A stretch of DNA of 34,925 nt from Candidatus Woesearchaeota archaeon (GCA_018399355.1 JAGYOA010000004.1:1-34925); one strand, 5' to 3'. Numbered from the stretch's first letter, positions 8,815 through 18,342 are shown. Made by a program: numbers and translations. The notes: generated by a model from the sequence alone, not told the origin.

Positions 8815-9296
8815 CTTAACCTTGATATTATCTTTTTTATTTTATGTTCATTTAAATTGCCATAAACTTGATCATTTATCATCATTGCAGGAGATTTGTC
8901 GCAGCAGCCAAGACATGAGACAATTTCCAATGATATCTTTTTGTCTTTTGTTGTCTGGCCTGATTTTATATTTAATAATAACTCAAGAAATTTTATCAGT
9001 GTTACTAAATTATTGAGATAGCAGGAAGGGCTGTTGCATATCCTTATTATGTGTTTTCCCTTTGGCTCTGTGTAAAGCATGTCGTAAAATGTTATTACGC
9101 CGTAAATTGTTGAGAATGGAATCTTTGTTTTTTTAGCTATTTCATGGGCTGTGTTTTTTGAGATATATCCAAATTTTTCCTGTATTTTGTACAATAAAGG
9201 CAGAAGAAGAGGTTTTCCATCAGGCCCTTTAATAACTTCATCTATAATCATGCCAATTTCATCTGAAGACATCATCCACCTCTTTTTTGCGGCCAT
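8811..9296 (-). CDS. hydC: NuoE/HydC-like thioredoxin-fold [2Fe-2S] subunit
   Basis: IQEKFGYI, GVITFY and CNSPSC...CLGCCDKSP; 4-bp start/stop overlap with hydB. Confidence 0.92.
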   Translation of the reverse strand: MAAKKRWMMSSDEIGMIIDEVIKGPDGKPLLLPLLYKIQEKFGYISKNTAHEIAKKTKIPFSTIYGVITFYDMLYTEPKGKHIIRICNSPSCYLNNLVTLIKFLELLLNIKSGQTTKDKKISLEIVSCLGCCDKSPAMMINDQVYGNLNEHKIKKIISRLR

Positions 9297-9388
9297 TGAT
9301 TGAAAGGCTGGCCAACCAAAACATAAACAATAAGAAAGAAAACAAAAGGGCCCTATAAATAATTTATGATTTTAAAAAAAGAAAAAAA

Positions 9389-9736
9389 TTATTCTGGAGA
9401 GGAACGTGGAATATCAGATTTCTCCTCTTCAGTCATTCCTTCTATTCCTGTTTTTGCTTCCTCAAACTCTACTTTTTCAATACAACAAACTAATCCTTGA
9501 CCAAGATCTCTTTCTATTTCTGTATCTGTTAAACAATCACTCCTTTTTTCTACTGTGCCTCCTTTTCCAATGCATTGTGCTCTGGCCATTGCCTCAGATT
9601 GTGTTGTATCCTTGTCTTGTCTCCAGGTTCCAATTCCACCTGTAAATATTAATATCAAAACCACCATAACAACCAGCACAATTGCTGCAATCACAATTGC
9701 GTTCATTGGCATGCTTTGCGCTTTTTTGCTTTTCAT
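9389..9736 (-). CDS. Small pilin-like protein (class III signal peptide) with a Cys-rich head
   Basis: MKSKKA|QSMPMNAIVIAAIVLVVMVVLILIF; upstream GGAGGAG RBS. Confidence 0.8.
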   Translation of the reverse strand: MKSKKAQSMPMNAIVIAAIVLVVMVVLILIFTGGIGTWRQDKDTTQSEAMARAQCIGKGGTVEKRSDCLTDTEIERDLGQGLVCCIEKVEFEEAKTGIEGMTEEEKSDIPRSSPE

Positions 9737-9738
9737 TT

Positions 9739-10020
9739 TTATTCTCCTCCTGTAATTTCCTCAGCAGCTGTAACACAACAGACTAGATTGTCTATATTAT
9801 CATCATCAATATGATCGCAGTTACCTTCTATTATATTTCCTTCTGTACATGCACTTTGAGCAACACATTCTCCTCCTTTTGCCTCACACTTTTGGATATC
9901 TCCTACAAAATTGCCCATACTGCCTGTGTATATCAAGATAAGAACTACCATTACTACAAGAACTATGGCCGCAATCACAATTGCATTCATTGGAAGGCCT
10001 TGGCCTCTTTTTTGTTTCAT
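9739..10020 (-). CDS. Small pilin-like protein (class III signal peptide) with a 6-Cys head
   Basis: MKQKRG|QGLPMNAIVIAAIVLVVMVVLILIY; strong GAGGTGA RBS and its own promoter near 10070..10085. Confidence 0.8.
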   Translation of the reverse strand: MKQKRGQGLPMNAIVIAAIVLVVMVVLILIYTGSMGNFVGDIQKCEAKGGECVAQSACTEGNIIEGNCDHIDDDNIDNLVCCVTAAEEITGGE

Positions 10021-10091
10021 TTTTTCACCTCATGTTTAATATAATGTTTATATCTTGGTTTTAGCTATTCTAGTATTTAAAATTATCGCTA

Positions 10092-10571
10092 TTAGCTGCA
10101 TATATCAAGGGTTATAAACAATGTTCCTCTGTCAGTTGGAATAGGGTATGTTTTTGATACTCTGTCTGACCTTGGCCGGCATCTATCTATATTCTCTATT
10201 GTATCTCCTCCTACAGTATATGCCTTGAAATTATATTGCTTTTTCCATTCATCAAGAGTGTTGTTGAAAATATTCCTTGAAACCTGCTGTATTTTACTGC
10301 AGGAGTCCATTCCATCATTGCACTCTATTCTCTGGAATCCTGCGCAGTCCTGAAATAACTCTGTCATAGAACTTTTCTTGCAGTCTGTTGTTGTCTTAAG
10401 CAGAACATTTATCATATTTGATGCAAGCTCTGAATCAACATAATTTTTTTTAGGATCTGAGTCTGAATCATTTAACACAACAAACTTAACAAAAAAAAGC
10501 AAACCAACAGTTATAAGGAGAACTATTATAACCAGCCCCACTATTTCTGCCTGTGATTTTTTTCCAATCAT
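10092..10571 (-). CDS. Class III signal peptide protein (minor pilin-like)
   Basis: MIGKKS|QAEIVGLVIIVLLITVGLLFF followed by a Cys-containing ectodomain. Confidence 0.75.
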   Translation of the reverse strand: MIGKKSQAEIVGLVIIVLLITVGLLFFVKFVVLNDSDSDPKKNYVDSELASNMINVLLKTTTDCKKSSMTELFQDCAGFQRIECNDGMDSCSKIQQVSRNIFNNTLDEWKKQYNFKAYTVGGDTIENIDRCRPRSDRVSKTYPIPTDRGTLFITLDICS

Positions 10572-11075
10572 TTAATCATAAACCTCAACAGTCAATACTC
10601 CAAAACCATAAGAGTTGCTTACAGCATCGTAAAGCGAAACAGGAACTTTTATAGAAGACAAAGCCCTGCTGTTTGTTTTTGTTCTTTCATATATTGTCCA
10701 TTCTGAAACAGAAGGATATATCTTTTTGATATGTATTTTGCTGAATCCAAAGCTATCAAAATAATACTCATTTTTTATCTTTTGATTGGAAGAATCATTA
10801 AGTATGCTAGACAATGCCTCTACTTTTAAAACATCAAAGCAGTCATCAACAACTATGTTTGCAGAAGTGGAAGAAGTGCACTGAAGCTCAGGAAGAAAAG
10901 AAACTAATTGAGCTGTTTGTATTGCCTTAAGCTGAAACTGCTCCTTGCTTGCATCGCTGACAGATGTATTGGCAACTCTTGCATAAAAAATAAGTCCAAA
11001 TCCAATTAATACAAAGAATATAAGAAGCACAGCTATTGTTTCAAACATCTTAATTTGAGCTTTTTTGTTTTTCAT
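10572..11075 (-). CDS. Class III signal peptide protein (minor pilin-like)
   Basis: MKNKKA|QIKMFETIAVLLIFFVLIGFGLIFY. Start moved to the ATG at 11075, next to the upstream gene's stop. Confidence 0.75.
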   Translation of the reverse strand: MKNKKAQIKMFETIAVLLIFFVLIGFGLIFYARVANTSVSDASKEQFQLKAIQTAQLVSFLPELQCTSSTSANIVVDDCFDVLKVEALSSILNDSSNQKIKNEYYFDSFGFSKIHIKKIYPSVSEWTIYERTKTNSRALSSIKVPVSLYDAVSNSYGFGVLTVEVYD

Positions 11076-11076
11076 T

Positions 11077-12051
11077 TTAGTATATTGTTGGGCAGGATGA
11101 TGACTGCAGATAATTATTATATTTTTCAAGACTTTCCTTGGAATCTTTAATATCACCTATATTGTTTATGTTGTAATCAACTGTAAACGGAGTGAGAGGA
11201 TAATAGGACCTACAAATTGTGTTAGAGTATTCTTCTCTTAAAATTTCAGTTCTTTTTCTATAGACCATACTTACAATATTCATTTTTTCCATTGCCTTTT
11301 CCATATTGCACTTGTAATTTTCAGCATCTTGGCTGAACATTGCACCTATGATCATTTCATTTCCAAGATAAGGCATTTTCCTCACAGGCTCAAACCTTAT
11401 TCCTGATTTTTTGTAAAATTCTATCTCATTATTAAGAGAGTCAACATGCACTGCAACAACCTCCTTATCTTTCATGTTGCCTGCAAAATCAGGCAATGAA
11501 ATATCCTCTGGATAAACATTATCAAAAAAAACAAAGCTAAGCTTGTGTCCTGTTTTCCTTAAGCTGGAAACATCATCAATAAGTTCCTTGTTTATTCCTG
11601 TTGGAAGCATTGAATAAATCTCTTTTCCCTTGTCTGAATCCATAATAACATACTTGAAATCAGGAGTGGTTATATAAAGAAAATTAGAGATATGATAGGG
11701 ATAAGCCCATGATAAAGACCAGGTAATCATTGTTCTTCCCTTGATTAAATCAGGAGCAAAAACTATTTTGTTTTTTGTTATGTCGCTTGTTATACTTCCA
11801 ACTGAGATTGAATTGCAGCTTACCTTAATCTCTGTATCTGGAATGCTTATCGGATTCACTGTATTTGCGCTTACCTCTGCACCAGACATTATAGTTTGCA
11901 TATTAGTAAGAATATTGTTTGCTATATTGGTTTCTGAATTGTCTTTAAGCTTTAAAACAACTGAACCAAAAAACAATAATATAAGAACTCCTGCTATTAA
12001 AATGAAAACCCAGTTAAACTGTACATCAATCACCCCTTTTCTTGAACTCAT
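11077..12051 (-). CDS. Class III signal peptide protein
   Basis: MSSRKG|VIDVQFNWVFILIAGVLILLFF. Start moved to the ATG at 12051. Confidence 0.75.
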   Translation of the reverse strand: MSSRKGVIDVQFNWVFILIAGVLILLFFGSVVLKLKDNSETNIANNILTNMQTIMSGAEVSANTVNPISIPDTEIKVSCNSISVGSITSDITKNKIVFAPDLIKGRTMITWSLSWAYPYHISNFLYITTPDFKYVIMDSDKGKEIYSMLPTGINKELIDDVSSLRKTGHKLSFVFFDNVYPEDISLPDFAGNMKDKEVVAVHVDSLNNEIEFYKKSGIRFEPVRKMPYLGNEMIIGAMFSQDAENYKCNMEKAMEKMNIVSMVYRKRTEILREEYSNTICRSYYPLTPFTVDYNINNIGDIKDSKESLEKYNNYLQSSSCPTIY

Positions 12052-12073
12052 TTTTAATATCTCAATTAAGAAA

Positions 12074-15000
12074 TTACTTTTTCTTTTTCTTGTATTTTTT
12101 AAGCTCTGCAGTTGCAACTACAGATAATTTTTCAAAAACATCCTTTGGTCTTTTTTCTTTCTTTGAAGCTGGTTTTTTTGTTTTCTTTGAAGATACAGTT
12201 TTAGTTGTTTTCTTTTTAGTTGTTTTCTTTTTTTCTGTTTTTTCAGGTTGTTTTAAAGTTTCTGTTTTTCCAATATCCATTCTTGAATGTATCTTGCTTC
12301 CTGCATCGCTCTTAGGAGAAGAAAAGGTGCTGAAAATCTTGTCATGTTCCTTAAACCTCTCCCTATCTTTTCTTAAATTATCCATTGCCTGTTTTCTTCT
12401 TAATTCAATTGAACTTTCATGAGGAGTTAATGAAGGAGGAGGTCTGTAAGAATTTCCTGGGTTTGGTTTTGGTTGAATTGGCTTAAAGTTTGTTGTTGTG
12501 AATGAACTTGTTGGCTTGGTTTTTTTCTTTTTGTTTTTAAAAACAAGAAGATATAATAACCCTGATACCAAAAAGATTATTCCAATTATTAAAAGGAACC
12601 ATGGCCAAAATCTTGATTCTGAAACATCTGGTTCATCATCTATTGGTTCTTCTTTTATATGTTCATCAGATGTTGGTTTTGAGGGAGTAGGAGGTGTATA
12701 TTCCTCACATCTGTTAAATTCATTGCAATATCCTGACTCACAATCGGATTTTTCATCACATTTCTTACCTATAGCACATTTTTTATCTTTAAATTCTGCG
12801 CAGTATCCCCCACAGTCAACATCTGTTTCATCTTCATCTAATTTATTGTTTGAGCATGAATCCACTCCAATGCAAATGCCATCACATTTTCCTGAAGTGC
12901 AGTCTGAATTATCCTCACATTCCTTTCCTTCTATGCATGGATCACAAGATCCTCCACAGTCAGTATCTGTTTCATCGCCGTTTTTTACACCATCAAAACA
13001 GCTTGGCTCTGCGCACATATTGCTTGAGTTGCAAAAACCGCTATGGCAGTCACTATCTTCTGAACAATTTTTTCCCAATCCACATTCAGGGCAAATTCCT
13101 CCTCCGCAGTCAGTATCTGTTTCATATCCATTCTGTATATCATCATAGCATGTTGCAGGTTTTTTCAATGAATCAACAATAACCCCATCACTTTGTCCTG
13201 GCTGGCCTACTGATCCTGCCCTATTTGATGCTTTTACAAAAAAGAAATATTTTGTTCCTTCTGTAAGGTTAAGGTCTTCTTTATTATGGTCTTGGTCAAC
13301 CCAAATAAACATATCTTCATCATGGCTTTTTGTCCAGTTAACAATAATATTTTCTGATTCATCCTGTATTTTATAAAGGAAGTAATCAACTCCTGATAAT
13401 GGCCTTTCATACAATTCCCATTTAGCTCTTATCTTGTTTGTGTAGTAAGAATATTCAGGGAAATCATCTATGTTGCTTGTATCATCAACTACTGGTATGT
13501 TTACAGGCGCTGTATCAACAATAAATTGCGCTACTTCATTTGCGCTATTTCCGCCACTATGGCACTCTACATGATAAGTATGTGTGCCATCATTAAGATT
13601 ACTTATGGTTGTCTTATGCTCATATCCTCCTGAACCTAATCTTTCTTCTATATTGGAGGAAGTATTGCCGTAGAAACATTCTGAGTCCTTGTTTGTTTTT
13701 ACTTCTAAATAAACATAAGACTCATTGTTGTATTTTTTTGTGATTATTTCAATTTCAATTTCTGCATCAAGATCAACATTAACTGTTATTTCTTTTGTAT
13801 CAGATACAATCTCTGCCCTGTTCATGCATGCTACATAGTAAGAATATGAATTCTTTTCTTCGCTGTCTATGGTAATTGTTGCCTGATGGGCATCTTTGAA
13901 TATATTTTTATCAAAATCAGGAAATTTATTTTCCATCAGCTCATAATCCTGTTCTGTTGTATCATACCTACATATTGTTTTGTCATCAGTTCCAACAACT
14001 AGTACAGTTTCAAGAGGATATTCAATTATTTTTGGCGCATAATAAGTGTGTATAACTGGTTTTGAAGAATCCACTGAAAGCTCAAAATTATATGTGTTTC
14101 CGTCCGCATCCCAATAACCATCATAACATTTAACATAAAGTTTAGTTGTTTTTCCTTCAATTAATTCATAATCTGTTTTTTTGTGCTCTTCTCCTCCTGT
14201 AATTTCAAAATCAATCATATGCTTGTAGTTTAATATTCTATCATAATATTTGCATTCTGCATCATGGTCTGTTAACAGAACTATATCAAATGGGCTTTTG
14301 TCTGAAACGCCGTAACTAGGCTCAGCAAGTTCTATGTAAGGTCTGCACTCTCCCCCTAAATCAACAACAACCTCTCCTATTTGTTCATCTTTTTCCTTGT
14401 TAAAGCAGAGTATGTCTCTTGTGCACGCAGGGTCATCTTTGGTTATTTGAACAGAATCATCATAATCATTGCAGTCTAATCCCAGGCAATAACCATCTTC
14501 ATCATTATCTATTGCCTCTCCTTTTTCATTAACCTCGCAGCCCAAAGGAGTCCACTCTTCTTCATCAATAGGATTCAACACTTCATCTCCATCCTGATCA
14601 GGGTCAAATTCATCAGGATTTCCATCTCCATCATAATCGCTCATGCAAACCCCTTCCCAACAGGCATATCCTTCCCCACAGTCTGAATCTTCCTCACAAT
14701 CTGAATCAGGGCAAGTGCATTCATCTGTGCATCTTCCAGGGCAGGCATCATCATCTGTTCCGTCACATTCCTCAAGCCCTTCTCTTATATTATTCTGACA
14801 TTCAGAAGGAATTTCCCTGCATGTTAGGTCTCCAAGGCATTCATAACCTTCAGGGCATGGACATGCTACACAATCATAAGACAATTCACCATCACGGCAG
14901 AATTGGGATGTTGTCTCATTACATTCTCCATCCTTTGTTCCGTCTTCGCAATCTCTAGGTTCAGTTTGAAATTCGCAATGGCTTACATCAAGCCATTCTG

Positions 15001-16282
15001 ATTCATAGGCATCGTAATTTGATTGTCCTTCTGGATATTGAGGATAAAGGCGAAACATTATTTTTCCTGTAAGGTGTTCAACACATTCGCTTTCAGTTAA
15101 ATAATAAAAGGCAACAAAAAAAGAATTCCCTTCAACAGATGTTTCAGATAGAGTAACATCTACATCACATGAGCCGTCTTCTCCTCCTGTGCCATCCTCA
15201 TCATAAAATAAATCAATTTCATATGAAATAGCCTCTTCATATTCTCCCCAAGTGAGAAGTACATAATCGCAGCTTTCTAAGGTTGCCTTGAAATCTGCGG
15301 CTGTAACTGCAATTTCCTCGCATGATAAGGTTGTAGGATTATAAATTTTTCCAGGGGGGCAGTAAGCGCAGCATTTATTATTCCCTTCAAATGTTGTTCC
15401 TCCATTTTCTATTTTGCACCATTCGTCTGATGGTTCTCCAATGGAATATGATTTCCAAATAACATCATTACCTAAATCATAATTTGAGCAGTTTGTACTG
15501 CATGAAGAAAATCCAGTTTCAATATAACTTGATAATGAACTCATATCAAGGTTGAAGGGAAGACCTGAATTATTTTCGCATGAATCACATACGGGAGCCC
15601 CCACACATTTTTGCGCTTTTGAGCAGTAATATGTTTTTGGTGGGCAGTATATGCAACAATGTGTTCCCTGACCTGAACATAGAGTGCACCAATCACTTGT
15701 TCCTAAATTATATTCAACTAGATTAGGAGCATCTGGACACCCATATGCACATGTGGCAAATCCTTCTCCTACTGAAGATTCATCATAATCAACTAAAGAT
15801 ATAGCGCCAGAACCACATCCTCCTTGTTCCATAGTGCATGGAGTAACGCATGGAACAGAACAGCAGTTAGGACAACCATCAGGAGGATTAACCCAACAGT
15901 CTGGACAAACATCATTTCCCGTGCATTTATAACCTTCATATGGTGAATCACCACAACTTTTTGGAACGCACCAGCTATCACAAGTTTCATCTACAATATT
16001 TCCTTCATCATCATAAACATTTTTACAATTACATGTGCCTGAACGTTTCATATTATCTGGGCAAGAACTAAAACATGCTGCATCTAAAGGAGGATCATAT
16101 GGCGCAGGGTTTGATGCTTCGCAGAAACCTTCACAAGTTTCATCTGGTGGTGTGAGTTCCTCCTCAGGAGTAGAAGGAGAGTTATTAAAAAGTAACCATA
16201 ATATCCCCCCAATACCTAAAACTACTACAGCAGTTAAAGGATCAAATCCTTTTTTGTTTTTTCTGATCTTTCTAAGATACAT
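12074..16282 (-). CDS. Giant Cys-rich cell-surface (adhesin-like) protein
   Basis: KNKKG|FDPLTAVVVLG N-terminus, many Cys repeats, DxDxDG Ca-binding-like motifs, Ig-like stretches, 3 ETDxDCGG repeats, a C-terminal TM helix and a Lys-rich tail. The start at 16282 (upstream AGAGGA) is preferred; 16333 is possible. Confidence 0.85.
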   Translation of the reverse strand: MYLRKIRKNKKGFDPLTAVVVLGIGGILWLLFNNSPSTPEEELTPPDETCEGFCEASNPAPYDPPLDAACFSSCPDNMKRSGTCNCKNVYDDEGNIVDETCDSWCVPKSCGDSPYEGYKCTGNDVCPDCWVNPPDGCPNCCSVPCVTPCTMEQGGCGSGAISLVDYDESSVGEGFATCAYGCPDAPNLVEYNLGTSDWCTLCSGQGTHCCIYCPPKTYYCSKAQKCVGAPVCDSCENNSGLPFNLDMSSLSSYIETGFSSCSTNCSNYDLGNDVIWKSYSIGEPSDEWCKIENGGTTFEGNNKCCAYCPPGKIYNPTTLSCEEIAVTAADFKATLESCDYVLLTWGEYEEAISYEIDLFYDEDGTGGEDGSCDVDVTLSETSVEGNSFFVAFYYLTESECVEHLTGKIMFRLYPQYPEGQSNYDAYESEWLDVSHCEFQTEPRDCEDGTKDGECNETTSQFCRDGELSYDCVACPCPEGYECLGDLTCREIPSECQNNIREGLEECDGTDDDACPGRCTDECTCPDSDCEEDSDCGEGYACWEGVCMSDYDGDGNPDEFDPDQDGDEVLNPIDEEEWTPLGCEVNEKGEAIDNDEDGYCLGLDCNDYDDSVQITKDDPACTRDILCFNKEKDEQIGEVVVDLGGECRPYIELAEPSYGVSDKSPFDIVLLTDHDAECKYYDRILNYKHMIDFEITGGEEHKKTDYELIEGKTTKLYVKCYDGYWDADGNTYNFELSVDSSKPVIHTYYAPKIIEYPLETVLVVGTDDKTICRYDTTEQDYELMENKFPDFDKNIFKDAHQATITIDSEEKNSYSYYVACMNRAEIVSDTKEITVNVDLDAEIEIEIITKKYNNESYVYLEVKTNKDSECFYGNTSSNIEERLGSGGYEHKTTISNLNDGTHTYHVECHSGGNSANEVAQFIVDTAPVNIPVVDDTSNIDDFPEYSYYTNKIRAKWELYERPLSGVDYFLYKIQDESENIIVNWTKSHDEDMFIWVDQDHNKEDLNLTEGTKYFFFVKASNRAGSVGQPGQSDGVIVDSLKKPATCYDDIQNGYETDTDCGGGICPECGLGKNCSEDSDCHSGFCNSSNMCAEPSCFDGVKNGDETDTDCGGSCDPCIEGKECEDNSDCTSGKCDGICIGVDSCSNNKLDEDETDVDCGGYCAEFKDKKCAIGKKCDEKSDCESGYCNEFNRCEEYTPPTPSKPTSDEHIKEEPIDDEPDVSESRFWPWFLLIIGIIFLVSGLLYLLVFKNKKKKTKPTSSFTTTNFKPIQPKPNPGNSYRPPPSLTPHESSIELRRKQAMDNLRKDRERFKEHDKIFSTFSSPKSDAGSKIHSRMDIGKTETLKQPEKTEKKKTTKKKTTKTVSSKKTKKPASKKEKRPKDVFEKLSVVATAELKKYKKKKK
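12813..13125 (-). repeat. Three coding repeats (ETDxDCGG module, period 144-150 bp)
   Basis: CAGTCAGTATCTGTTTCAT at 12957..12975 and 13107..13125, with a 2-mismatch copy at 12813..12831. Confidence 0.85.
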
Positions 16283-16372
16283 TAATATTCCTCTTTTTCG
16301 TTTTCTTTTTATGTTATTATGGTTTTTATACAAATCTCTATATAAATCTTTTTGTTTTTATATCTGTTTATT

Positions 16373-17620
16373 TTAAATAATTGAAAATGCCTCTCCACTC
16401 ACATACACATTGAATGTTTGGCAATCTCTGTTGTTTGTATTGGTTTTTTCATGCGCGCAAACATTTAATTCAACAAATTTTTTTTCAAAATCTGGGTCTC
16501 TGACTATGTAAGGCAATTCAGGCGAATATGTAAATATTATCTCATCCTCATCAGGGTCATCTGCAATAGGATTTATGTGCTCTTTGGTTATCCTTGCTCC
16601 TGTTATAGCTTCTAAACCAGAAAATATAATGGTTGGTAAGTAAATGAAACGCAGCGCAGGGGGTCTGTTCTCCCGGGCAAACCTGAATTCATAAGGCTCT
16701 GTGTAAAGCAGTGAATTATTATCATAAACAATGATTATATCTTCATCTTCATAAACATTTTTTTCTCTGGATACTCTCATCCCTTCCTTAAGTTTAGGTG
16801 AATCTGGGTTAGTTATGTTAAACAATATGTCTGTTATATCCTTGTTTATTGTAAATTCTGTTAAATCATAAATTTTTCTTAATCTTATTTCAGGGTTTGA
16901 ATAAAAATAACTGACATTTGTTTCCATTCCTATTGATTTCTTTTCTATTAAGAGAGGATATTCAAGGATGGAAAAAACTTCATCTTCTGTAATTATAAAA
17001 GATATATTTATTTTTCCTTCATTTATATAAAATCCCTGATTTTCAAATATACTGAAGTTAATATTTTTCTCAAGATAATTAAGGATATAATGTTCCATTT
17101 GCGCCCTGATTGAAATTGCTGAACTGTTTAAATCAGGCAGGTTACTTTTACCAAAAAAACCTGAAAACCTTGGATTTCTGCCAAGAGTGGTTTCTGCAAG
17201 ATAGGGATAAAATTTCCATGGGTAAAGGGGAGTATCTGGGAAATAATAATTTTTTATTATTTCATTTTCTTTTTCTATGCAGTATGAAACATTATGCCTG
17301 TCTTCATAAGTGGGAGTAGATGTATCATAAGTTATAAATTTTGAAGGATCAGGAATAGGCCCACCCTGGCTTTCATAGATATAACCTCCCTGTCTTCCAA
17401 TTAAGTAAAGGCCTTTTTTGGTTGCATCATCAAGCTGTGTTGTTATATAATTTGTTACTGGAAGTGCTTCTTTTGGGATTTTCTGTGCTTTTATTATTCC
17501 TTCCTGGCTTATTTGTTTGTATGATGAGCCTTTAAAATAAAAGTAAATAATTGCTGATGCAAGTAGAATAATACCTAGAATTATGTAAACTGTTACCTGT
17601 CCCCTCTTTTTTTTAAGCAT
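16373..17620 (-). CDS. Class III signal peptide protein with a C-terminal Ig/cadherin-like domain
   Basis: MLKKKRG|QVTVYIILGIILL; C-terminal ENRPP...DDPDEDEIIFTY motif. Confidence 0.75.
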   Translation of the reverse strand: MLKKKRGQVTVYIILGIILLASAIIYFYFKGSSYKQISQEGIIKAQKIPKEALPVTNYITTQLDDATKKGLYLIGRQGGYIYESQGGPIPDPSKFITYDTSTPTYEDRHNVSYCIEKENEIIKNYYFPDTPLYPWKFYPYLAETTLGRNPRFSGFFGKSNLPDLNSSAISIRAQMEHYILNYLEKNINFSIFENQGFYINEGKINISFIITEDEVFSILEYPLLIEKKSIGMETNVSYFYSNPEIRLRKIYDLTEFTINKDITDILFNITNPDSPKLKEGMRVSREKNVYEDEDIIIVYDNNSLLYTEPYEFRFARENRPPALRFIYLPTIIFSGLEAITGARITKEHINPIADDPDEDEIIFTYSPELPYIVRDPDFEKKFVELNVCAHEKTNTNNRDCQTFNVYVSGEAFSII

Positions 17621-17664
17621 CTTTATAAACCAAATAAATATTTATATTAAAACCTTTCGATAAG

Positions 17665-18309
17665 TTAATTGTTTTTATATAGTTTAAAGATATTTTCAAG
17701 TGAATCCTTTGCTTCCTTGGGGTGCATTCCAAAACTTGTAAAAACACTTTTTAAATCATAAAAGGTTCTCATCTTATATGGATCATCAGCAAAAGATGCA
17801 ATAACAGATCCAACATTATATTTTCTGCACAGTCTTATATTCTGCATCATTCTTCCTATTATCTGTGTTCTCAGCATTTCTTTTGAATCCAAAATAGATG
17901 ATAATGAAAATCCAATTAAAATATTGTTTTTATTGGCAATATCACATAAAATATGGTTAAGCCCTGAGTTGCGGCTGTGCATTGAGTCTTTTTTTGCTGT
18001 TTTCTCAAGCTCAAAAATAACAGCCGGCTTTCCTTTCTCAAAAACATGTCTGTTGTCTTCAGGTGACTTGCATAAAACTAGTTTTGTTATCTGTCTTGCT
18101 TTTCTTACATCTTTTGGTTCTGAAATAATTGCTGTAAAAAGATTAACCTTTGTCTTTTCCTTTATCTTTGATATAATTTCTTTTTTTTCAAGAAAATCCT
18201 TTTTATTTTTAAGGTTGTAAGCAAAGCAAAGGCCTTCAATTCCTAGCTTCTCGGCCATTTCAATAAACCTTTTCTCATTTTTATCTGGAAAAATAATATC
18301 AACAAACAT
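17665..18309 (-). CDS. rnp3: Ribonuclease P protein component 3 (Rpp30)
   Basis: SGLNHILCDIA-KNNILIGF, NIRLCRKY and ASFADDPYKMR, typical of the Rpp30 PHP barrel. Confidence 0.88.
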   Translation of the reverse strand: MFVDIIFPDKNEKRFIEMAEKLGIEGLCFAYNLKNKKDFLEKKEIISKIKEKTKVNLFTAIISEPKDVRKARQITKLVLCKSPEDNRHVFEKGKPAVIFELEKTAKKDSMHSRNSGLNHILCDIANKNNILIGFSLSSILDSKEMLRTQIIGRMMQNIRLCRKYNVGSVIASFADDPYKMRTFYDLKSVFTSFGMHPKEAKDSLENIFKLYKNN

Positions 18310-18342
18310 CTTAATTCTAACCTTTTTTTGTGTTTAAATAGT

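Noticed and set aside
12813..13125. Spaced 19-bp repeats as a possible CRISPR array
   Set aside because: The period is 144-150 bp and in frame within a CDS, so these are protein repeats; no cas genes are present.
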